From the NCBI GenBank assembly GCA_050331735.1, contig JBHJGN010000033.1:1-58774 (forward strand): a stretch of 58,774 bases of DNA, read 5' to 3'. Of the stretch, positions 9,599 to 21,200 are shown piece by piece. How positions within the stretch are numbered: the first letter of the stretch is position 1; each line of letters starts with the position of its first letter. The stretch comes from Cyanophyceae cyanobacterium. GTDB lineage: Bacteria; Cyanobacteriota; Cyanobacteriia; Cyanobacteriales; JBHJGN01. The notes beneath the pieces were generated by a model. It did not search any database, was not told the DNA's origin, and saw only the letters and a list, made by a program, of their open reading frames with translations. The position numbers and the translations under genes were made by a program.

Positions 9599-12500
9599 TT
9601 AGCCTAGTTGTCCGAGGAGTTTGTCAAGGTCAGTTTGGTCGAGGGCGGCATCCGGGAAATCTGAGGGAGTATAGCCGCCCGCCTCTGGAGACTGACAGTG
9701 CTGCACCAGCGATCGCAGTGCCCGCCCATACCCGTCTGCTAACTGGGCGACGGTTTCTGGGTGCAGGGCAGCGCCGTAATCCCAGCGCCAGGTGAGCTGA
9801 CTTTTGCTAACCCAGCCGTTAATATCCAGCAGGTACGGACGCAAACTCCGAGGACTGCGACCTAAACCGGGAGATTCAGCAGCCGGACTCAGCCATGCTG
9901 GTTCAGCGAAGGTAGCGTCGATTTGTCCGAGGTAGTTAAAGCGAATTTGGGCTGTTGAGGCACGAAGCTGGTATTCCGTTAAGTAACGCAATACGCCATA
10001 CCCAATTCCCTGCTGGGGAACGCAGCGGAGCTGTTCCTTGATAGATTTGATGGTGTTGCCTAGGTGATCGCTGGGACTCAGGCGCAGCGCCACGGGGAAA
10101 AGAGTGGTAAACCAGCCCACTGTTCGAGACAGATCGAGATCTTCAAACAGGGTTTCCCGCCCGTGACCTTCTAAATCGACCCGCAGCACCGCTTCGCTAT
10201 TCGATTGACACGCTATGGGGGAATATTCCGGGTCGAGAACGGCCATCGCTAACGCCGTCAGCAGAATCTCGTCAATCTGGGTCTGATAGGCAGCGGGAAC
10301 CTCCTGGAGTAACGCGGCTGTTTCTTGAGGAGAGAGGGAGATAGAGAGCGATCGCGCATCAGCCACTCGATTTTTGACATCGGACTCCACCGGGAGACTA
10401 ATCGTGGGGAAGGTAGCGACAGTCCGCCAGTAGTCAAGTTGCTCTTGCAGGTGTTTAGAATTAGCCCAAACTGGCAGTTGCTCTGCCCACGTTTTAAACG
10501 CCGTCGTTTTAGGGGGAAGTTGAACAGCTTGCCCCTGCTGGAGTTGTTGATAAATCTGCTGCAAATCTGCCAAGAGAATCCGCCAGGAGACCCCATCAAT
10601 AACCAAATGATGCGCCAGAATCAGCAATCGCCAGGAGCCATCCAACTTAAATAGCACGATCCGCAGCAGCAGGTTTTCTAGATCCAAACTGGCCTGTAAC
10701 GCCGCTGCTGTGGCTTCGAGGGCAGGGAGCTGTGCCGATTGGGGCAGAGCAGACAAGTCGATGTAGAAGAACGGCGTGTCAGCCGGCACTAGTGCGTTCC
10801 ACTGCTGCCACCCCGTTAGTTCCTGCTTAAATTGGAGCCTCAAGGCATCGTGATGCTCGATGAGATGATGAACAGCTTGTTTTAAGAGGGCGGGATCTAG
10901 CGGGTGTTGGCTTTGCAACAGCACTGATTGATTCCAGTGATGGGCATCCTCGCCGGCTTGCTCGAAAAACCACTGCTGAATGGGAGTGAGCGGAACCGAC
11001 CCCACGACAGGAGTTTGAGCGGCTGAGGGTGTTTGGGTAGTATCAACGAGGGGGGCAAGTTCGGCAATAGTAGGATGCTCGAACAACTGTTTAGGAGTAA
11101 AACGCAGTCCGGCTTGGGTGGCGCGGGCAACGACTTGAATGCACAGGATCGAGTCGCCACCGAGTTCAAAGAAGCTGTCGTGAAGTCCTACTCGCTCGAC
11201 CCCCAACACCTGACTCCATAATTGGGCGATCGCCACTTCTACAGAGGAGCGGGGAGCGACAAACTGGCGGGACGACGGCGGGACCAGCTCTCTCTTCAAC
11301 AAAGCTTGGCGGTCGATTTTGCCATTGGGCAATAGCGGTAAGGTGTCGAGAATGGCGATCGCAGGCGGAATGGCTGCTTCTGGCAGCCGCTCCTGGAGAA
11401 ACTGACGGATATCGCTAACAGAGGGCGGCGGGGAACGGTGGGTGAGCGCGTAAGCAGCAAGCTGCCCTTCGCTGCGGCACAAAACCACGGCAGTTTGAAG
11501 GTGGGGGTGCTGTTGTAGGGTGGCTTCAATTTCTCCCAGTTCGACCCGATGGCCTCGAATTTTCACTTGGGAGTCGCTGCGTCCGAGGAATTCTAGCGTA
11601 CCGTCCAGTCGAAACCGGGCGCGATCGCCGGTTTGATAAAACCGCGCTCCAGCTTCTTCACTAAAGGGATCGGGAAGAAAAACCTCCGCCGTCAAACCCG
11701 GACGCTGCCAGTACCCGCGACCGACTCCTGCACCGCCGATGTAAATTTCTCCTGCTGCCCCAATCGGGACGGGCTGTAGGGCTTCATCGAGCAGATAAAC
11801 CCGCGCGTTTGCCAAGGGAAATCCGAGGGGGGCTGTTTGGCTATCGAGCGCTGCCTCCCGTCCTCGCACGGCATAGGTCAGCACCCCCACCGTCGTTTCG
11901 GTTGGACCGTAGTGATTAAGAATGGCGCAGTGGGGCTGTAGCTGTTGCAGTCGAGCCAGATCGTCCCAATAGCTCACTTCGCCGCCAAGGATGAGGTGTT
12001 TGGGCAGAATGGCTTGCGGACGCGAGCCGCTGAGGAGTCCCTTTAAATGGGAGGGCACAATTTTGAGATAGTCGATGGGGTGAGCTTGGCAGTAGTCAGC
12101 GAGGGCTTCGGAATCGAGGGCGCGATCGCGGCTGATAACGTGAAGACAACCGCCTGAACATAGGCTCGCAAACAGGATAGTGTGACCTACATCCGCTGCT
12201 AAAGTTGAGATCAGCGCAAAGTTTGCCTTGGTGTCGTTGCCGAGAGCAAGCTGAGGCAGAATGCTGTGAACGTAGCTTGTCAGTTGGCGATGGGCGATCG
12301 CCACTCCTTTCGGCGTTCCCGTCGAGCCAGAGGTAAACAGAATATAGGCTAGATTATCGGCGTTAACGGTACTATTAGGAGTGGTTTCTGGTGCGTGACA
12401 AATCTTGCTCCAATCGGCATCAAGACACAATACCTGGGCAGACGCAAGAGCTGGACCAGATAGACTCCGAGCTAAGCTGAACTGAGTAACGATCACCGTT

Positions 12501-14065
12501 GCTCCGGTATCTTGAAGGCGAAACTGAACTCCCGATAGCGGAAGGTCAGGATCGATAGGAACATAAGCTCCTCCTGCTTTAAGAATCCCCAGTAATCCTA
12601 CGATGGCGGCTGCCGAGCGCTCGATGTAGAGGGCTACAGGGGTTTCGGGTCTGACTCCCCCCTGTTGTAAGACGTGGGCTAGCTGATTGGCGCGAGCATT
12701 GAGTTCTGCGTAGGTGAGTGAGTGCTCCTCAAAGACAACGGCGCGAGCATTGGGGTGCTGCTGAGCTTGGGCTTCAACCCACTGATGCAGGCAGACATCG
12801 AGCGGTGGTGGGGTCGAGGGAGGAGCCAGCAGGCGTTGACGCTCCTGATGATTCACCAGATTGAGCTGACCAATAGGCGCGGTGGGAGCGGCGAGAACGG
12901 CATCGAGAGCTGTCTGAAACGTCCTCGCTATTTGGGCGATCGCCGCTGGCTCAAAACGATTGGCGCTGTAGTGAAATTCCAGCTCTAAGCTACCCTGTTG
13001 AATGACTGTCAGTTTCAGTGGGAACGGTTCGAGGCAGAGGTGGCGTTGCTGAACGGAAAACGTCACCCCGGCATGGGTCAACTCAGAGAAACCCGTTACC
13101 AACTCGAAACCAACCGGAATCGGAGTGGGAGTTCCGCTGAAGTACGCTTGCCACTGGCTAGCGTCGAGGCGCGATCGCTCAATCTCCTCAAAGAATTCAC
13201 AGCAAGTCAGTTCAGGAGTCCAGTTGGTGGTGAGGGGCAGCGACTTTGCCAGCAATCCGAGAGCATTTTCCAATTCTGCGTAGTGGCGACCGTTGGTCGT
13301 TACGCCGATGGTGAGGCGCTGAGGCTGTGCTAGTCGAAACAGAACAATTTTCCAGAGCGCTAGCAAAATGCTTGACAACGATATCTGCTGCGCACGACTG
13401 AGAGCCGTTAACTGCTCGCTCTGCGAATCGGTCAGCGAGTGATTGAGGCAAGCAGGTTGAAACGGCGGAGTCTCTGACAAATTAAATTCAAACGGTAGTC
13501 TGAGGGCTGCCTCAGTGCGATCACTTTTTTGCCAGTAGTCTCGACCTTCTCTGGTGTCCTCAGATTCGAGGAGGTCGTTCTGCCACGCCGCTAAATCGGC
13601 ATACTGCATCGGGTCATCCTCGCTCGCCTGTCCTAGTACGACTCCATACTCTTGAGCGATCGCCTGACTCAAAAGCTTGAGGGTGGTGGCATCCGCGCAG
13701 AGGGTCGGCAGTGTTAAATGGAGTAAAGTTTTTTCTGTGCTCAACACCTCAAGGGTGGCTTGCAAAGTCCTCTGTTGGCGAGGGTGCGTCGCTGGTTTAC
13801 CGAAGTTGATGTCAACCGATCCCTCCTCGTCAATGACCTGTAGCGGCAGCGTCATCTCCGGTAACTGTTGAAACGTCGTGCGGAGGATCTCATGGCGCTG
13901 CACCACCTGTTTAATGGCCTGGATGAGAGCAGAAATCTCTACACGACCCTCACACGCCACCGTCACCCATGCCTGTTGGGGCAGAGTCGGATGTTGCTGC
14001 TGTAACTCCCACAGATAAGCCTGTTGGGGAGAGAGACGATAGCCTGCAATTGAATTTAATGACAC
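9599..14065 (-). CDS. NRPS: interface (degenerate C)-A(Asp)-T-E
   Basis: C-like domain has LPTLCADATT in place of HHxxxDG. A code DVTKLGHVGK (Asp-like). T GGDSI. E domain HHLVIDGVSW, EGHGRE, RTVGWFT. C-terminal TPSDFP docking tail. Confidence 0.93.
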   Translation of the reverse strand: MSLNSIAGYRLSPQQAYLWELQQQHPTLPQQAWVTVACEGRVEISALIQAIKQVVQRHEILRTTFQQLPEMTLPLQVIDEEGSVDINFGKPATHPRQQRTLQATLEVLSTEKTLLHLTLPTLCADATTLKLLSQAIAQEYGVVLGQASEDDPMQYADLAAWQNDLLESEDTREGRDYWQKSDRTEAALRLPFEFNLSETPPFQPACLNHSLTDSQSEQLTALSRAQQISLSSILLALWKIVLFRLAQPQRLTIGVTTNGRHYAELENALGLLAKSLPLTTNWTPELTCCEFFEEIERSRLDASQWQAYFSGTPTPIPVGFELVTGFSELTHAGVTFSVQQRHLCLEPFPLKLTVIQQGSLELEFHYSANRFEPAAIAQIARTFQTALDAVLAAPTAPIGQLNLVNHQERQRLLAPPSTPPPLDVCLHQWVEAQAQQHPNARAVVFEEHSLTYAELNARANQLAHVLQQGGVRPETPVALYIERSAAAIVGLLGILKAGGAYVPIDPDLPLSGVQFRLQDTGATVIVTQFSLARSLSGPALASAQVLCLDADWSKICHAPETTPNSTVNADNLAYILFTSGSTGTPKGVAIAHRQLTSYVHSILPQLALGNDTKANFALISTLAADVGHTILFASLCSGGCLHVISRDRALDSEALADYCQAHPIDYLKIVPSHLKGLLSGSRPQAILPKHLILGGEVSYWDDLARLQQLQPHCAILNHYGPTETTVGVLTYAVRGREAALDSQTAPLGFPLANARVYLLDEALQPVPIGAAGEIYIGGAGVGRGYWQRPGLTAEVFLPDPFSEEAGARFYQTGDRARFRLDGTLEFLGRSDSQVKIRGHRVELGEIEATLQQHPHLQTAVVLCRSEGQLAAYALTHRSPPPSVSDIRQFLQERLPEAAIPPAIAILDTLPLLPNGKIDRQALLKRELVPPSSRQFVAPRSSVEVAIAQLWSQVLGVERVGLHDSFFELGGDSILCIQVVARATQAGLRFTPKQLFEHPTIAELAPLVDTTQTPSAAQTPVVGSVPLTPIQQWFFEQAGEDAHHWNQSVLLQSQHPLDPALLKQAVHHLIEHHDALRLQFKQELTGWQQWNALVPADTPFFYIDLSALPQSAQLPALEATAAALQASLDLENLLLRIVLFKLDGSWRLLILAHHLVIDGVSWRILLADLQQIYQQLQQGQAVQLPPKTTAFKTWAEQLPVWANSKHLQEQLDYWRTVATFPTISLPVESDVKNRVADARSLSISLSPQETAALLQEVPAAYQTQIDEILLTALAMAVLDPEYSPIACQSNSEAVLRVDLEGHGRETLFEDLDLSRTVGWFTTLFPVALRLSPSDHLGNTIKSIKEQLRCVPQQGIGYGVLRYLTEYQLRASTAQIRFNYLGQIDATFAEPAWLSPAAESPGLGRSPRSLRPYLLDINGWVSKSQLTWRWDYGAALHPETVAQLADGYGRALRSLVQHCQSPEAGGYTPSDFPDAALDQTDLDKLLGQLG

Positions 14066-15123
14066 GATTCTTCCTCCATCAGCGACGACATCAACACGGT
14101 ACGACCCAAGTTGCGACTGCCCCAGGCATCGCCCATCCCTGCCAGCACCCGCCGAGAACCGGAAAACGCCTCGCGTCCGTGGGCGACCAAGAGGTTGTCG
14201 AGCAGCAGCACGTCCCCCGCTTGCCAGAGGAATTTAACCGTCTCGGCAGCGTAAGCCTGACGGATATGAGCGAGAACTTCGGGCGGAATGTCGGAACCAT
14301 CGCCGTAGTAGGCATGGCGCGGAATCTGACCGACTCCCGTTCCGAGCAGCAAATCTCGCAGGTGGGTGTCGAGGGTATCGGTGTGAAATAAATGAGCCTG
14401 ATTAAACCAAACCAGTTCTTGGGTGTGGGGATGAATGGCGATCGCCTGACAGACCTGCCGCGTTTGCAAGCCGTCTTTCCCCTGCCAGGTCCATTCAATT
14501 CCCGCTTGTCGGCAGTAATTCTCCACCGCTTGACGCTCTTGAGTTTGAAACACCTCCTGCCAGGACAAATCGAGACCGCTGCCGTAGTTGCGAACGTAGA
14601 GCACGCCCTGTTCCTGGAAGCGCGAGCGGATCTGGGCATCAATCCGAGATAGCACCCGCCGACTGTCTGCAATGGGAGTTTCCCCTCCCGTCGGAGCGGG
14701 TGCGACACAGTAAAAGGCAATTTTTGAGGGCCACTCACGGGCATAAGCCATCTCGTTGTGGAGGGGAATGACGCGATTGGCAGGATATTCTGTAGAGGTG
14801 TAAACACGATCACCAACCTGAGTCCGAGGTGTAGAGCGGTAGGTATAGGACATCGGCGTTCGAGCGATCGCTCGGATAAATGCGCCAAAGTCCGCCACCA
14901 CAAATCCGCGAAAGAGAATGCCCCCGTGATGTTGAAGCCATCTCTTTACCGTCTCGTGATGGTGCTGCACCCACGCCGTTAAATTCAGGGACGTAGTCGG
15001 TTGCACCACGAGCGGCAGTGCCGATGGGTGGAGGAGAGTCGTGCGGACGAGCTGTTCTGAGGAAAGACTGACACGCCGACGTTGGGGCTTACGAATGCTG
15101 AGAGGGGGTTTTGTCGGTTTCAT
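14056..15123 (-). CDS. Stand-alone TauD/SyrP-like Fe(II)/2-oxoglutarate dioxygenase (putative aspartyl beta-hydroxylase)
   Basis: YRSTPR...VYTSTEYP...IPLHNEMAY (HxE), GGETP, WFNQAHLFH, DNLLVAHGR. Start uncertain (ATG 15123 preferred; 15159 or 15180 possible). Confidence 0.93.
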   Translation of the reverse strand: MKPTKPPLSIRKPQRRRVSLSSEQLVRTTLLHPSALPLVVQPTTSLNLTAWVQHHHETVKRWLQHHGGILFRGFVVADFGAFIRAIARTPMSYTYRSTPRTQVGDRVYTSTEYPANRVIPLHNEMAYAREWPSKIAFYCVAPAPTGGETPIADSRRVLSRIDAQIRSRFQEQGVLYVRNYGSGLDLSWQEVFQTQERQAVENYCRQAGIEWTWQGKDGLQTRQVCQAIAIHPHTQELVWFNQAHLFHTDTLDTHLRDLLLGTGVGQIPRHAYYGDGSDIPPEVLAHIRQAYAAETVKFLWQAGDVLLLDNLLVAHGREAFSGSRRVLAGMGDAWGSRNLGRTVLMSSLMEEESCH

Positions 15124-15129
15124 TGGGGT

Positions 15130-15258
15130 ATACCGTTGCTCAGAAGTAGTTAGATACATTTCTCGGTTGGTAAGTAACAAGGCATTAGCGAGTCGATTTC
15201 TGTCAGTGGGTAAGATGTCTCTTTCTTCTCCTCATCTCATTACTTTTTCTAATTGGTG
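15130..15258. repeat. Second copy of the MITE-like element, between the Ser NRPS and the hydroxylase gene
   Basis: ATTACTTTTTCTAATTGGT at 15239-15257 is identical to 4441-4459. The other end, ATACC...AAGTAGTTAGATA at 15130, resembles ATACC...AAGTAGTCAGATA at 4318. Confidence 0.6.
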
Positions 15259-18200
15259 TTAGACCTCCGGGCTGGAGCGAATGGCTTTACGTCGAGTTCG
15301 CTGTAACTTGTTTAAGCTTCTTTTGGTGAGAACCTGAGCCTGTTGCTGTTGCTGTTGCCGCGACTGAGCGATGAGGTAATCCTGCCCCTTCGCCACTGTT
15401 GCATCTAAGTGTTCGACCAGCCATCGCAGTAACGACGCGAGCAGCTTGAGCCAGCGCTCGCCCGTTTCTGGGGCAAAAGCGCGATCGCTCAAGATCTCTA
15501 GGGAAAACTCTGTTCCCGGTATGGCGCGAATGGTGAGGGGATAACCGTTGTTGACCAGCGACTGTACGCTTTCAACCTGCAGGCTGTGGGGTTTATCGAA
15601 GTCAGCCTCGATGGGATAGTTTTCAAATACCACCAGGCTGTCAAAGAGCCGCGTTCCGGGAGGAACGTCGCTCCAGCGCTGAATCTGACCCAGGGGCGCG
15701 TACTCGTACTGACGGGCCTGACTTTGCTGAGTTTGAAGCTCTTGCAGCCAGAGACGACAAGCAGCGGCGGGCGTAATTTGAACGCGGACGGGCAACGTAT
15801 TAATAAATAGCCCTACCATCCGCTCAGATCCCTCTAAATCGGGAGGTCGTCCGGCGGTCGTGGCTCCAAAGACTACATCTGTTGTGCCGCTCAGATGACC
15901 GAGCAGTAAGGACCAAGCGCCCTGAACCAAGGTGTTGAGGGTCAGGTGAGCGCGTTGCGCCAGTGCTTTTAACTCGGTGGTGGTTTCTGAGGGAAAAGTC
16001 AGCCTCTGCACCGAGCAGTCTGAGCCGGCTGATTGATACTCCTTGGAGACTAAGGGCGTTGGCGTGTTAAATCCCCGTAACCTTTGCCGCCAAAAGTCTG
16101 CGGCTCGAGCGAGGTTTTGCTGGGCTAGCCAGGCAATATAATCGCGGTAGGGGCGAGCCGGCAGAGTGACTGTCTCTCCTTGGCACACTCTGTGGTAGCC
16201 CAGCAACACGTCTTGAAAAACTAGGGGCAGCGACCAACCGTCGAGCAGGAGATGGTGAAAGCTCCAGAGTACTTCGGTGATGTCCTCTGCCAGTCGCAGG
16301 ACGCGCAAGCGCATCAAGGGAGCAACGTTGAGCTGAAAACCCCTTTGCCGATCGCTCTGGAGAAAACGCTGCCGTTCCTCCTGCTGTTGGTTGGGAGTGA
16401 GCGATCGCCAGTCGCTCACCCGCCAGGGAACGGTGGCGTAGGGCTTGACAATTTGCAGAGGAGTGTCCCAGAAAAAGGCAGTACGCAGAATCGAATGGCG
16501 ATCGCTCACCTGTTGCCAGGTCTGCTGAAGTGCAGACAGATTCAGCGCTCCTCGCAGCCGATAGCACATTTGAGTGACATACACGCCCGAACTCGGCGCA
16601 TAGAGAGCGTGAAACAGGATGCCTTGCTGGGTAGGAGAGAGCGGATAAATATCTGCAATAGGAGCGTAATGCTCGACGAGGCGTTCTAGAAGTGGCTTGT
16701 TGAGGGAGGCGAGGGGAAAATCGCTAGGCGTGTAGTCGTGGGAAGAGCGACAGTACGCGAGCAGCGATCGCAGTTTTTCAACACAGGCATGGGCGAGGGC
16801 TTGTACCGTTGCTCGATACGGTGCCGAATACGTCCAACACAGCTGAAGTTGACCTTGTGTAAGGCTGCCGTCAACGGTCAGGGGGTGCGTTTGTTGATTG
16901 GCTAGTCCCTGGTTAGAACCGGCGGACTCCGGCGCGAGGGAAAAGAGCTTCGTTGTGTCGGACCCCCTGTCAACGGCGGTTTCTGTCCAGCCGCGATCGA
17001 GCTGTCCGAGGTAGTTGAAGCGAATATGGGGTGTGGGATCTTCCTCTGAGGTACGGCTGAGATAGCGACGCACCCCATAATCTAGCCCTCGGTGGGGCAG
17101 GCGGCGGAGTTCTTCTTTAACGGCTTGTAAAGCTTTGCCAGGAGAAGCGTTGCTTCCATCAAACCAGACTGGAAAGAGGGTGGTAAACCAGCCCACCGTG
17201 CGCGATAGGTCAATATCATCAAAGATACTTTCTCGCCCGTGCCTTTCAAGAGCGATCGATACCTGCGAACATTCCGTTCCCTCAGCATAAGCCTGTACGA
17301 CAGCAGTCAGCAGCACCTCGTCAATTGATGTCGGAGAGGCGGCACTCACCTGTAAGAGGGTTTGGGTGTCTTCTAGAGAGAGGCTAACCGTTACCGTAGA
17401 GCTTGTGGCTACGGTATTGTCTTCGTTGGGGAATACAGGATACGCCTCCGGCTTTCGAGCTTCACAGCGCTCCTCTGGGGAAAGTTCCTGGGCGTAGGTT
17501 TGCAATCGTTGTGCCCACTGTTGAAACGAGGAGGTTTTGGGCGGTAGTTGCAGATTTTGACCGCTTACTTTCTGACGGTACAGCATCTGAAAATCTTCCA
17601 GCAAAATCCGCCAGGATACTCCATCAATGGCTAAATGATGTACGACGAAGAGAAGACGAGGCTCAAAACCAGTCTCAAACAGCACAAACCGACATAGACC
17701 GTCAGCAAGACTTAAGCTCGCCTGGACTTGGGTGGCAGCGGCTTCGATAGCTTGAGTTTGTTGAGTCTCTGGGAGGGCAGAAACATCGACCCCATGACAG
17801 GGAACGGTGTCTCTCGGCGGTAAATTTGTCTGGGTCCACGTTGAACCGTGGTGAAAACTCAACCGCAGCGCATCGTGATAGTTGAGTAGGTAATGGGCGA
17901 TCGCTCTTAACTGAGCCAGCGTCAGCGGCTGATGTAGCGTCAACAACAGGGACTGATTCCAGTGGTGGCGTTCGACGAGGGGCTGCTCGAAAAACCAGTG
18001 TTGAATGGGGGTCAACGGCACTGCCCCCGTGACTGGCTGCTGATGAGCCACTGTCTTCACCCTCCCCACAACCTGGGCTAGGGCACGAATGGTTTGCTGC
18101 TCAAAAAGCTGCTTAGGAGTTAGTTGAATTCCAGCCCGCTGCGCCCGCGCCACCACTTGCAGACTGAGGATTGAATCTCCCCCCAGCTCGAAAAAGTTAT

Positions 18201-21200
18201 CGTCGATGCCCACCGTTGGTATGCCGAGGAGTTCGCTCCAAATTGCCGCTAGCTGTTGTTCTACAGGCGATCGCGGGGCAGTCTCTTGAGGGGGGCGCGA
18301 TCGCGGGGGCGCGGGCAAAGCACGGCGATCGACTTTGCCGTTGGGATTTAGGGGAAGAGTTTCCAACTCGACAAACGTCGTCGGAATCATGTATTCAGGG
18401 AGTCGTGCTTGCAGCCACTTCTGTAAAGTTTGTCCTAATTCCGCCGTATCTTTTGGGAGGTTCCCGTTGCCAGGATGCCGCACCAGATAGGCCACCAGAC
18501 GCTTTTGTGCACCTGTCTGATCCTCCCGCGCCACCACCACGACCTCATGCACCTGGGGATGCTGTTGCAGCACCGCTTCAATTTCCCCCAATTCGATGCG
18601 GAAACCACGAATTTTAACTTGATAGTCGAGTCGTCCAAGAAATTCAAGGTTGCCATCGGGGAGGGTGCGAGCCAGATCCCCCGTTTTGTAGAGACGCTGG
18701 GCTTGGGCAAAAGGATGGGGAACGAACCGCTCCGCAGTTAAGCCGGGTCGGTGGTCATAGCCTCGCGCCAATCCCACTCCGCCAATGTACAGTTCTCCAG
18801 GAACGCCGACAGGAACTGGGTTGAGATGACGATCGAGCAGGTAGATTTGGGTGTTAGCGATCGCCCGACCGATGGGGATGGTTGCCCCTTGAGAATCGGA
18901 ATGTTGGGGAGACCGTTGACAAGCCCAGTAAGTAACATCGATAGCCGCTTCTGTGGGACCGTAGAGATTGTGCAGTTGGGCCTGTAAACGGCTGAAAAAG
19001 CCTGCTTGAAGCTCCGTCGTCAGCGCCTCGCCGCTGCAAAAGACCTGTCTCAGACTCCGGCAGGCTTCAAGTCCTGGAGCTTCGAGAAACGCCCGCAGCA
19101 TCGACGGCACAAAGTGCAGGGTGGTAATTTGCCGTTCGACGATCGTGCGCACAAGATAGTCGCTGTCTTTATGACCTCCCGGCTGAGCAATATGAAGGCC
19201 GGCTCCCGCCATCAGCGGCCAGAAAAACTCCCATACCGATACATCAAAGCTAAACGGAGTTTTTTGCAGGACGCGATCACCGGCGGTGAGAGAATACTCA
19301 GCCTGCATCCAGTGCAGGCGGTTGCAGATTCCTCGGTGGGTGTTGGCGGCTCCTTTGGGCGTACCTGTCGAACCGGAGGTATAGATAACGTAGGCTAGGT
19401 TATCTGGCGCAACTCTACTACTGGGATTGGTAGGCGCACATTCGGCTTCAGGAGCATCCGGGGAAATAATTTGCAGAGATGGCGACTCTCCCAGAGAGAT
19501 AGCGGTGTCGGGGGAGGCGATCACAAGTTTGAGGCGAGCATCGGCAACGATGAACGCTAAGCGTTCCTGGGGCAAAGCTGGAGCGAGGGGAAGATAGGCT
19601 CCCCCTGCTTTGAGAATGCCCAGCAGGGCGATGACGAGATCCAAAGACCGTTCCAGGCAAACTCCGACGACAACTTCAGCACTCACCCCTAAGCTTTGTA
19701 AGTGGTGAGCTAGTCGATTCGCTCGCTGGTTGAGTTCGGCATAGGTAAGCTGCTGGTTCTCGCTGGTAAGAGCGATCGCCTCTGGGGTTCTAGCGACTTG
19801 GGCTTCCACCAACTGATGCAGGCAGCCACTCTGGGCATAGTGCGTTTCGGTTTGATTCCACGCCTGAAGTTGCTGCCATTCTGGGACCGTTAACAGGGGT
19901 AAATCCCTGATCAGACAGTCGGGGTTGGCAACAATGGCGTTCAACACCGTGAGCAAGTGCGATCGCAGGCGTACCACAGTAGCGGCATCAAACAGGTCGC
20001 TGCTGTATTCGATCCTCCCTAACAATTGACCTGCTCTTTCTGTGAAAATGAGGGTGAGATCAAATTTTGCTGTTTGAGTGGTCAGGTCGAGAGGCGCGAT
20101 TGTCAGTCCTGGCAAGCTCAGCGATGCCGAAGGTGCGTTTTGGAGGATTAACATCACCTGGAAGAGAGGCGTGTGGCTCACCTCCCGCACCAGTTGCAGT
20201 TCGTCGATAAGCTTTTCAAAGGGTAAGTTTTGGTGAGTATAGGCTCCCAGGGCCGTTTCCCGAACGCGAGCCAGCGCGGTCCGAAAGCTCAGTTCCCCCG
20301 CGACAGCAGTACGGAAAGCCAAGGTATTAATAAACGCACCGATCAAGCCCTCGGTTGCCTTATGGGTGCGATTGGCCACGGGGGAACCTACGGTAATGTC
20401 AGTTTGCCCTGTGTAACGGTACAGTAAAACCTTGAACGCACAAAGCAGCGTCATAAATAGGGTAGCATTGCTGTCCTGACCGAGTTTTTTCAAGGCTGTC
20501 GTTAGCTGGGCATCCAGTTCCAGGGGCAGCCTCGCACCGCGAGTCGGCACTGGCGGACGGGGATGATCGCTAGGAAGTTGCAGCACGGGGGGCAGAGTCT
20601 TAAACTGCTGTTGCCAGTAGCGGAGGTGGGGTTGCAGGGTCTGCTCAAACAGCGGCTGGCGCTGCCAAAGCGCAAAGTCGCCGTATTGAATCGGAAGTTC
20701 AGCCAAGGAGGCGGCTCGGTTTTGGCTAAATGCCTGGTAAAAAGCCGTCAGTTCCCGCACAAAAATTCCCGTTGACCAGGCATCGGAAATAATGTGGTGC
20801 AACGTTACCAACAGCACGAACTCCGTCGCGCCCAACTCCAGTAAAGTGAGGCGAAGCAGGGCATCGCGGGTTAAGTCGAACGGCTTTTGCCCTTCCTGTT
20901 GGGCGAGATGTTGAAACTCAGCTCGTGCCCGTTCGGGGAGTTCTGAGAGGTCAACCCGAGCACAGGGAACGGTGAGATGCTTACGAACGAGCTGCTGGGG
21001 TTGTCCGTCTACCGCCACAAAGTTGGTTCGCAGGATTTCGTGGCGAGCGATAATGGCGGTGATCGCCTGTTCCAGCGCCTCAACATCAAGGATTCCTTGG
21101 ATGTGGAGGGCAAAGGGAATGTTGTAGAGGGCACTGTGCGGCTCAAGCTGGTCGAGAAACCAGAGGCGTTGTTGGGAAAACGAGAGCGGCACCATCGTTC

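Noticed and set aside
15123..15261. Stand-alone TauD as a simple broken C-TauD fusion
   Set aside because: Although in frame, there are two stops and a repeat element between the ORFs, and its motifs are SyrP-like rather than like the fused copy.
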